A DNA stretch of 32,000 nt from Cenarchaeum sp. (GCA_963692915.1 OY843584.1:531134-563133), one strand, 5' to 3'; positions 26,003 to 32,000 are shown, counted from the stretch's first letter. Numbers and translations: made by a program. The notes: generated from the sequence alone by a model not told the origin.

Positions 26003-27087
26003 TTGTTGATGGTCTAACTAGACGTGATCTCAAGTCAAGAACTACTAAATTTGGTTTTGCTGACTCGGGCTATCTTGAAAAGTTTATGATGGATTTTGAT
26101 GCCTACATTGCACTATCTAATGTGAGAAAATGTTATGTTCGTGGAGGCATGTGTGTGCCTTTTTATGTTGATTCTAAACATCGCCGTTTCAGTAAAGATC
26201 TAGATGTATATGTGACTTGTTCAGTTGACGAGATCATCGAAAAAGTTTCTGCTGCATTGTTGGATGTGGGATTTACGCGTGTTACGCCCTATAATCATCG
26301 TGGCAATCAGTCTATGATGAATAACTGGGTTCGTTTTAAGGCTTCCTATGTTCCCGTGGGCTCTTCGGATCATCCATCTGCTTCTAGTCAACAAGATTCA
26401 ATATCTGTTGATATCACATGTGGGATTGATGCTGCTCAGCTTGACACTACTCTCCTAGAACAAGAGCAAAATTTATTTGACTTTAAAATACCGCCTCCAA
26501 TTCACACACTTTCTAGAGGGGCGCTTATCGCAGACAAAATTACTTCACTGGGGTGTGGGCCTGTGGGATATCCTACGCCTGCAGGACGTTCTAAGCCTTT
26601 GGGATATTCTGAGCCTGAACCTACGCCAAAGCAGATCTATGATATTGGCATGCTGCTGCGCAAAACAACAACCGATGATCTTATTATTATGGTACAGATG
26701 TACAATTATTTAACAAATTTTAAATTAACAAACGGAAATCGCAATTTTGGACTAGCGAAAGTAATTCAAAGCGTTAAATCATATATTTCTACCATTTTAA
26801 CAAATGACACCTTACCTCGGCTGACCAGCGCACACAGCGATCATTTTTTCATTTTTTCTCACAGTATGCTTTCAAAACCCCATATTGACGAAGTTGAACA
26901 TTCAAAAAATATCATGTTGACTTTACTCTGTGCAGACTTTCTTGAACGTTCTCTTGATGCCTCTGCCTCAAATGAACAATTGGCTGAACGTATGCAAGAT
27001 ACACTCGATGCTGCATTTGAACTTGAAATACTTGAAGACCAGATATCGTATTTAAAGCGACATGTTGAGGGTATGGGCTCACCTTGA
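25999..27087 (+). CDS. AbiEii/AbiGii (DUF1814)-like nucleotidyltransferase
   Basis: GTG 25999 overlaps the upstream stop (GTGA). Motifs: GYLEKFMMDFDAYIAL, YVRGGMCVPFYVDSKHRRFSKDLDVYV (GG...RFS-x-DxD), DSISVDITCG, LIADKITSLG...PKQIYDIGMLL (compare aeKi.A...R..kgRDlyDl..l). AT-rich codon usage. Confidence 0.7.
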   Translation: MIVDGLTRRDLKSRTTKFGFADSGYLEKFMMDFDAYIALSNVRKCYVRGGMCVPFYVDSKHRRFSKDLDVYVTCSVDEIIEKVSAALLDVGFTRVTPYNHRGNQSMMNNWVRFKASYVPVGSSDHPSASSQQDSISVDITCGIDAAQLDTTLLEQEQNLFDFKIPPPIHTLSRGALIADKITSLGCGPVGYPTPAGRSKPLGYSEPEPTPKQIYDIGMLLRKTTTDDLIIMVQMYNYLTNFKLTNGNRNFGLAKVIQSVKSYISTILTNDTLPRLTSAHSDHFFIFSHSMLSKPHIDEVEHSKNIMLTLLCADFLERSLDASASNEQLAERMQDTLDAAFELEILEDQISYLKRHVEGMGSP

Positions 27088-27310
27088 CAATTTTGCCACA
27101 TCGGACATCTTACCGCTGTGGTGGGCGTGTCCTGTCTCGAACATTTTCACGCATGCCGTTTCTTGCAAACGTGCGGAGTCTGGCGGCCATGTTTTCTGGA
27201 TCCTGCTAGATTGACATGGTGCCCTGCCGCCTGTCGACTCCAATACTGACGCGTGGTCATGGCACATCGCCATGAGTGCAGTTAAATCCAGCCACGTGTG
27301 CCTGCTGCGC

Positions 27311-28138
27311 ATGAACCTCGTGGCCTCTGGCAAGGTAAAGGACGTCTATGACGCCGGTGACGGCCTCTTGAGATTTCACTTTAGTGACCGTGTCTCGGCA
27401 TATGACGTAAAGTTTGTCGAGCCGATCCCAAAAAAGGGTGAAATTCTCTGCAAGTTTGCCGAGTTTTGGTTTGGCGAGCTTGGGGTGCCTAGCCACTTTG
27501 TTCGGCGTGTCTCGGACACTGACATGCTCGTTAGGCGAATGAAGATGCTGCCGATCGAGTGTGTCGCACGGGGGTATCTGTATGGCAGCCTCTATGACCG
27601 TCATCTGCGTGGCGAGTCAGGACTCCGGCTTGATGACGAACGCCACGCGGCCAGGCTGCCTGAGGCAATATTTGACCCAACCACAAAGGCCGAGCACGAC
27701 GAGCCTGTGACGCGCGACTCGGCAATCCGTATGGGCCTTGTGAGCGCCGCTCAATATGACTCCCTAGAGTCAATGACGCTAAAGATATACGGCCAGATGG
27801 CATCAGTGGCAGAGCGTGCGGGATTTGTCATGGCTGACCTAAAGCTGGAGTTTGGCATGCTTGGTGGGAAGATTGTCCTGGGCGACTCTATTGGGCCAGA
27901 CGAGTTTCGGATGTGGCCATCAGAGTCATACGAGCCCGGACGCGTGCAGGACGCATATGACAAGCAGATACTGCGCGACTGGCTGGCCGCCGGCGGTCAC
28001 AAGGACAGATTTGAGCGCGAACGCGCCGCCGGAGAGGCGCCACGGCCGCCGATGATACCGTCAGAGATTATCGGCACAATGACGGGGCGCTATGTTGACG
28101 CCTATGAGCGCATAACGGGCAGGCCGCTAGACGCATAG
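27311..28138 (+). CDS. purC: SAICAR synthetase (phosphoribosylaminoimidazole-succinocarboxamide synthase)
   Basis: [14 protein letters not shown]..., [24 protein letters not shown] and ADLKLEFG resemble PurC. ATG 27311 is 27 nt downstream of GTTAAATC (27281-27288). The ORF track starts at 27272. Confidence 0.9.
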   Translation: MNLVASGKVKDVYDAGDGLLRFHFSDRVSAYDVKFVEPIPKKGEILCKFAEFWFGELGVPSHFVRRVSDTDMLVRRMKMLPIECVARGYLYGSLYDRHLRGESGLRLDDERHAARLPEAIFDPTTKAEHDEPVTRDSAIRMGLVSAAQYDSLESMTLKIYGQMASVAERAGFVMADLKLEFGMLGGKIVLGDSIGPDEFRMWPSESYEPGRVQDAYDKQILRDWLAAGGHKDRFERERAAGEAPRPPMIPSEIIGTMTGRYVDAYERITGRPLDA

Positions 28139-28393
28139 CCTAGCGCCATGGGCCATTGTTGGGTTCTCAGAATGCCAATCTGCCGTGATGCTTCCATGCG
28201 GGGGCTAGATTGCGTGCCTTTCTTGCCTGTATTCATGCGTGCATAGGGAGATCCTGGCAGTTCGTGACCTCATATTGGCTGTGTGAGCATGCCGACTATG
28301 CGTAAAGACTCTAATCGTACTCCCAGGCGCGCCGGCGCTGATGCCCATTGTGCCTCAACGTGCCGCCGGAGCGCCGCCACAGTGGCGATCCGG

Positions 28394-28596
28394 TTATTTC
28401 CAATATCCATTGTATCATTTCATAACAAATCATATTATTATGATATATATCATTAGTCTTAATTCTAATGTTAGCATTATAAGATATTTCCTATTACAAC
28501 TATATGTATCGTATAATAGGGATATTATTCAGTTTCCTATTATCAATATCATTCAAATGAATAATAGTGCTCTAATTCTAATAAGTGTAAACTAGA
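28394..28596. other. Extremely AT-rich ~200-bp non-coding block with reiterated short motifs
   Basis: The composition switches abruptly from GC-rich flanks. TTTCCTATTA occurs at 28487 and 28533, with an inverted TCCCTATTA (rc of 28514-28522) between them. A related TATTTCCAATATCC is at 28395. AATTCTAAT occurs at 28461 and 28574. ATATCATT-like words occur three times. Confidence 0.9.
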
Positions 28597-28658
28597 CTCT
28601 ATGCGAGCGGTCAAAAAATGCTGATCTTTCCCACTTTTGGCCTGGTGGGACGCACGGG

Positions 28659-29186
28659 ATGCCGATGGAGACACTGGTAGACCGCCCTGTCAGCGTGACG
28701 AGGACTATAGCGTCGAGTCCTGATGAGGCAAGCGCGATAGCGGATCCCGTGAGGGCAGCCATAGTCGCGCTCCTCTATCGCCGGACGCTGACGGCCGAGC
28801 AGATATTCGAGCGTCTAGGCAGGCGTGGCAAGAAAAAGGCGCTCACGACGGTGCGCCACCACATCGACGTCCTCCGCTCCGCCGGCCTAGTGGACATTGT
28901 GAAGGTCGTAGAGTCTCGAGGAGGAGTGACAAAGCACTATGGAACCTCCACGAGGCTCCTCATGCAGAACCCCCAGGATGATTTTGACGAGCAGCACTCG
29001 GATGCCATTGCAGCTGCAACCGTTGGCCTTGCGGCCGTCATAGAGTCAGCAGGCGCGAACATTGCGCCAAAGGATGGCAAAAAACGCGTTGATCCGGCGC
29101 ACAGACACTATGTCGTCGCCGAGATACTAAACCGCGCAATGACTGCGGCCATGGAGCGTGGCTCGCGCGCACCGTCAGGGTCATAG
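28659..29186 (+). CDS. ArsR-family winged-helix transcriptional regulator
   Basis: IADPVRAAIVALLYRRTLTAEQIFERLG....TTVRHHIDVLRSAGLVDIV matches the ArsR/SmtB HTH pattern, followed by a ~90-aa C-terminal extension. Confidence 0.75.
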   Translation: MPMETLVDRPVSVTRTIASSPDEASAIADPVRAAIVALLYRRTLTAEQIFERLGRRGKKKALTTVRHHIDVLRSAGLVDIVKVVESRGGVTKHYGTSTRLLMQNPQDDFDEQHSDAIAAATVGLAAVIESAGANIAPKDGKKRVDPAHRHYVVAEILNRAMTAAMERGSRAPSGS

Positions 29187-29290
29187 CCTGCTGACATGGC
29201 CGGAGGCGTGCCCAGTCGGCGATTATGGGCACGGGAACCCCTCTTGCGCCTGTCTGGTGGGCGCATGTGCTGTATGGGGCGCATTTGGCA

Positions 29291-29316
29291 TATTTCTAAA
29301 CTCGAGTTTAGAAATA
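29291..29316. repeat. 26-bp perfect palindrome TATTTCTAAACTCGAGTTTAGAAATA (copy 1)
   Basis: Self-complementary over all 26 nt. 24 nt are identical to copy 2 at 29769-29792. It lies 105 nt downstream of the ArsR stop. Confidence 0.97.
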
Positions 29317-29768
29317 CATAATTTGTGACCATGCGCGCCTCGCAGACTCGTGTATGTGCCCCATGGCCATGTTACGCACAAGAGCTAAACCCCCCTGTGG
29401 GGGGAGCCGGTTCACGAGGGAGTCCATTTTTCTGAAAATGGCCGATCTGGAGGGGGGTTGAGCACCCACGCCTAGATCGGACAGACAACGCTCAAACCAT
29501 GGGGCTAGCTGTCCTGCGGGTGCCCCGTTGTGCAATGTCATGCCTAAAAGCTAAACCCCGTGATCTTTGCCGTTCAGGTGGTGGCTCGGTCCACAGATCT
29601 TCGCGCATGGCCGGCTGACGTGTGTCAGACGCGCCAGGATGGGCATAAATGACGCATGAGCCCACCCCCCGCACCCATGCTGCGCGCCGCCGCACAATCA
29701 TGCTGGCGCTGTTGTGGCACATGTGGCCAGGCGCAGTCTCGCGCTGGGCTGCCATGTGCGATATTGTG

Positions 29769-29792
29769 TATTTCTAAACTCGAGTTTAGAAA
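29769..29792. repeat. Second copy of the palindrome (TATTTCTAAACTCGAGTTTAGAAA; 22-bp perfect palindrome core 29771-29792)
   Basis: Identical 24-mer to 29291-29314. It begins 4 nt after the stop of the minus-strand zinc-ribbon gene. Confidence 0.97.
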
Positions 29793-29795
29793 ACC

Positions 29796-30041
29796 CTATG
29801 TGGCCGCACTGCGGACTCTTTCTTGCGTTATGGCAATCTCGACGGCCTCTAGGGGGCTTGCCTCCTCGTTGCGCCGTATGGAGAACATCTTTGGCCGCTC
29901 AAAGTCGCGCGTGCAGTCAGGGCACGCATAGACTAGAACGCGGTGCTCATTTGGCGCCTTTGGGTTTGAGAGGCGAGGATAGTACACGAGACGCGCACCA
30001 CAATCCACACAGTACCTGTTAACCCTGCGCGTCCTGGCCAT
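29796..30041 (-). CDS. Small zinc-ribbon protein (81 aa)
   Basis: In-frame ATG 30041 within ORF 29796..30218 (the longer ORF would run through the tRNA gene). Sequence MARTRRVNRYCVDCGARLVYYPRLSNPKAPNEHRVLVYACPDCTRDF... carries CxxC...CxxC. Confidence 0.55.
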   Translation of the reverse strand: MARTRRVNRYCVDCGARLVYYPRLSNPKAPNEHRVLVYACPDCTRDFERPKMFSIRRNEEASPLEAVEIAITQERVRSAAT

Positions 30042-30157
30042 GCAAACCTCCTGCGTGGAGTATTGGCGATGGTGCATATTAGATCGGCATAGTCTAACAG
30101 AGTCGACCAAATGGTTCCCTCTGGGGCATGTGGGGGCGCGCACGGAACCCTGTGTGG

Positions 30158-30234
30158 TGGCGCCGCCCGACAGACTTGAACTGTCGACCAACGGATTAAC
30201 AGTCCGTTGCTCTACCACGCTGAGCTAGGGCGGC
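30158..30234 (-). tRNA. tRNA-Asn (anticodon GUU), CCA encoded
   Basis: Manual fold: GCCGCCC-UA-GCUC-AGCGUGGUA-GAGC-A-ACGGA-CUGUUAA-UCCGU-UGGUC-GACAG-UUCAAGU-CUGUC-GGGCGGC-G-CCA (77 nt). All stems are Watson-Crick. TATA TTAAAT (rc of 30260-30265) is 28 nt upstream of the 5' end. Confidence 0.95.
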
Positions 30235-30259
30235 AGCGCGCCGCCTTTGGAATGTTGCG

Positions 30260-30265
30260 ATTTAA
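30260..30265 (-). promoter_or_regulatory. TATA box of tRNA-Asn
   Basis: GGGTTAAATCGC on the minus strand. Its centre is about 28 nt from tRNA position 1. Confidence 0.5.
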
Positions 30266-30310
30266 CCCTTGCGTGCCCTGTGGGCGTGGGGCGCAGGCGG
30301 GCACCTGTCT

Positions 30311-30454
30311 GGTGCCCCATGGCCATCATGTCTGGTGCCCCATGGCCATCATGTCTGGTGCCCCATGGCCATCATGTCTGGTGCCCCATGGCCATCATGT
30401 CTGGTGCCCCATGGCCATCATGTCTGGTGCCCCATGGCCATCATGTCTGGTGCC
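30311..30454. repeat. Tandem direct repeat: 6 perfect copies of a 23-bp unit plus a 6-bp partial
   Basis: Unit GGTGCCCCATGGCCATCATGTCT at 30311, 30334, 30357, 30380, 30403 and 30426. Partial GGTGCC at 30449. Each unit contains the 8-bp palindrome ATGGCCAT. No spacers. Confidence 0.98.
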
Positions 30455-30524
30455 TGCAGGTGCGCATATCGGCGGGCCACAGAGTCGGGCCGTGCGCCCT
30501 GATGGGCAGGACATTGGCCTGCCG

Positions 30525-31079
30525 CTAGGACTCTATGCCGCGTTTCTTGTCGTACGTGTAGATGCCGTCAAGAAAGACCCTGTGGTCCTTTTTCTTTATG
30601 CGGGTGTTTTGCTGTATGTTGGCTGCCGTCTGCGTCACGTCGGTGAGCACGGGGCCTGTGAGGACCACGTCATCGCCCTTTACGGTGACCTTTGTGTCCC
30701 CGACGATGCGCGCGCGGCGCGGCGCGTGCTCGCCCTGAAAGTTCTCCACCAGGACCATCCCAGAGTCAACCTTTACGGAGACCGGAAAGTGCGCATAGAC
30801 GACCTTCATCTTTAGGGTATAGCCCTCCCTGATTCCATCGACCAGGTTTCGCACCAGGGAGCGTGAGGTGTTTAGTATGGCATAGTCGCGCTTTTTGGAG
30901 TCTCGTGCGCTCAGGTTTATGGTCCCCTCGCCGATCTCGACGTCGACGGGTATCTTTCTAAAGTTCTTGTACGTGTGGCCAAGCGGTCCCTCGACACGCA
31001 TGACTCCGCGCCTCATGCTGATTGTGACGCCCTCTGGCACGTCGACTGTTGTCTTTAGGCGGTCAGGACTAGTACGCAT
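30525..31079 (-). CDS. rpl6: 50S ribosomal protein L6 (uL6)
   Basis: MRTSPDRLKTTVDVPEGVTISMRRGVMRVEGPLG... has two L6 repeats. ATG 31079 is preferred over the ORF-track start at 31100. It overlaps the rps8 stop. Confidence 0.9.
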   Translation of the reverse strand: MRTSPDRLKTTVDVPEGVTISMRRGVMRVEGPLGHTYKNFRKIPVDVEIGEGTINLSARDSKKRDYAILNTSRSLVRNLVDGIREGYTLKMKVVYAHFPVSVKVDSGMVLVENFQGEHAPRRARIVGDTKVTVKGDDVVLTGPVLTDVTQTAANIQQNTRIKKKDHRVFLDGIYTYDKKRGIES

Positions 31080-31464
31080 AGCCCACCAAAAACCCCCCAA
31101 TTCCCATCTTTGTCGCGTCGTGGTGCGACATGACGCCGTGGTTTGTCGTCACGACTAGTATACCGCGGTCATACGATGGCAGGTAGCGCTGCTCCCAGAA
31201 CGCATACTCGTCCTTTTTGACCTTGAAGCGAGGTGATATTGCGCCACACTTTGTTATCTTTGCGACAAGGCCAACGCGGAACTTGCCCCCGCGGCCATCC
31301 TCAATCCTCTCATACTCGCCGACATAGCCGTCCTTTTGGAGCGTCTTGAGAACCTCCGCACACAGTCCGGACGTGGGAAACACGGTGCACTCGGCCTTGC
31401 GTCGTGCCTCTGTGTTGTATAGTGTTACGAACATGTTTGCTAGTACGTTAGTGGCCGGCATCAT
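31069..31464 (-). CDS. rps8: 30S ribosomal protein S8 (uS8)
   Basis: MMPATNVLANMFVTLYNTEARRK...ILVVTTNHGVMSHHDATKMGIGGFLVGYAY resembles S8. Confidence 0.92.
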   Translation of the reverse strand: MMPATNVLANMFVTLYNTEARRKAECTVFPTSGLCAEVLKTLQKDGYVGEYERIEDGRGGKFRVGLVAKITKCGAISPRFKVKKDEYAFWEQRYLPSYDRGILVVTTNHGVMSHHDATKMGIGGFLVGYAY

Positions 31465-31467
31465 CAA

Positions 31468-31644
31468 TCACATGTATTTCCTGAATCCCAGAGAGCCGGC
31501 GACCTCCCTAAAGCACCTGCGGCATATCATAAGATCGTACTTTTGAATGACTGCGGTATAGTCGCCGCACCTCTTGCACCAGCGCGAACCGCGCCCAAAA
31601 GAGTGCTCCTTGCGGCCGGTAAACTCGTACGAGCGATCCTTCAT
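31468..31644 (-). CDS. rps14: 30S ribosomal protein S14 (uS14, zinc-binding short form); below ORF-track size cutoff
   Basis: Own translation: MKDRSYEFTGRKEHSFGRGSRWCKRCGDYTAVIQKYDLMICRRCFREVAGSLGFRKYM (58 aa, CxxC...CxxC). ATGA overlap with the rpl5 stop. Position matches the conserved L5-S14-S8 order. Confidence 0.9.
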   Translation of the reverse strand: MKDRSYEFTGRKEHSFGRGSRWCKRCGDYTAVIQKYDLMICRRCFREVAGSLGFRKYM

Positions 31645-32000
31645 GCTACTGCCACCCCAAACCTGTCAGTCACAAACGAGCGCGCCTCGTCAGCCGTTAT
31701 AATGTGTGCGCCTCCAACGCTGGCCTTGTGCTTGCTCCTGCGGCTGATCGAGTTGCCTGGACGCGCAAGCGAGACGCAGACGTCAAGGCCGAGTATGCCC
31801 ACCTTTGGGTCGTATTTCACGCCGGGCACGTCAATGTGCTCCTTTATCCCAAACGAAAAGTTGCCGTGGCCATCAAACGCCCTGCTGCGCACGCTGTTGT
31901 CGCGCGCCTCAAGAAGGCGCTTTAGGAGGGTTGTGGCATCCTCGCCGCGCACGGTCACTGCCACCCCGATGGGCTCACCCTTGCGCACGCCAAAGTCACG
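31641..32000 (-). CDS. rpl5: 50S ribosomal protein L5 (uL5), N-terminus beyond the right edge
   Basis: ...GEPIGVAVTVRGEDATTLLKRLLEA...FSFGIKEHIDVPGVKYDPKVGILGLDVCVSL resembles L5. The frame is open to position 32000. Confidence 0.9.
   Translation of the reverse strand, partial: RDFGVRKGEPIGVAVTVRGEDATTLLKRLLEARDNSVRSRAFDGHGNFSFGIKEHIDVPGVKYDPKVGILGLDVCVSLARPGNSISRRSKHKASVGGAHIITADEARSFVTDRFGVAVA

Noticed and set aside
23988-27196. Short direct repeat CATGTTTT at 23988 and 27188 as possible att sites flanking the low-GC GHKL/NTase insert
   Set aside because: Only 8-9 bp are shared. A match of this length between two ~200-bp junction windows is expected by chance, and no integrase is present.
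28341-28595. 84-aa ORF across the AT-rich block
   Set aside because: The Ile/Asn/Tyr/Leu low-complexity translation is a by-product of AT-rich DNA. Its N-terminal part is GC-rich frame noise, and there is no promoter logic.
29317-29768. SRP (7S) RNA or another known structured RNA between the two palindromes
   Set aside because: I searched both strands by eye for the helix-8 signature (GNAR tetraloop flanked by AGG...AGCA) and for Alu-domain loops and found no convincing match. I keep it only as an unclassified structured region.
30207-30815. Three overlapping plus-strand ORFs (30207..30815, 30247..30528, 30269..30502) encoding GAPWPSCLVPHGHHVWCPMAIMS repeats, and a CRISPR reading of the 23-bp array
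   Set aside because: All three frames are open only because the 23-bp unit lacks stop codons and the period is not a multiple of 3. The longest ORF runs antisense into rpl6. There are no spacers, so it is not a CRISPR array.

Overview
Composition and start sites. The window is a high-GC archaeal chromosome segment, roughly 60% GC by eye (not computed). TATA-like boxes sit about 27-30 nt upstream of most start codons, so transcripts look leaderless, and many starts are GTG or TTG. Gene content suggests a thaumarchaeon, possibly Cenarchaeum-like (inference): F420 genes cofC/cofD, actinobacterial-type myo-inositol-1-phosphate synthase, deoxyhypusine synthase, an exosortase/archaeosortase-like membrane protein, Alba, an NreA-like repair protein, a Y-family polymerase and the archaeal L5-S14-S8-L6 cluster.

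Core backbone. Genes in order:
- a SAM methyltransferase running off the left edge, missing from the ORF track
- two tandem S-adenosylhomocysteine-hydrolase paralogs
- metG, bcp, a UbiD-family decarboxylase and a CofH/MqnC/MqnE-type radical-SAM enzyme
- nreA-like gene, sortase-like gene, dinB and an Alba fusion
- a LysE/PAC2/dys operon, ino1 and cofD-cofC
- a secreted membrane-anchored protein, purC and an ArsR regulator
- tRNA-Asn(GUU) and the ribosomal proteins, including a 58-aa S14 below the ORF-track cutoff

An RNase P RNA gene (minus strand, about 19785-20069) lies under several spurious ORFs.

Accessory region, about 20.1-27.3 kb. This is a mosaic island containing:
- five perfect 33-bp tandem repeats
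- an AAA+/DUF4143-type ATPase-nuclease
- a hypothetical gene
- a frameshifted IS5-like transposase remnant
- a coiled-coil protein
- a clearly lower-GC insert with two overlapping genes, a GHKL/MORC-like ATPase and an AbiEii/DUF1814-like nucleotidyltransferase

I do not recognise that last pairing as a named system, and it is my best candidate for an undescribed conflict or defence module.

Other unexplained structure:
- a roughly 200-bp extremely AT-rich, motif-laden block (28394-28596)
- two copies of a 22-26 bp perfect palindrome bracketing a structured 450-bp non-coding stretch
- six perfect 23-bp tandem repeats upstream of tRNA-Asn, where the ribosomal-protein cluster stops
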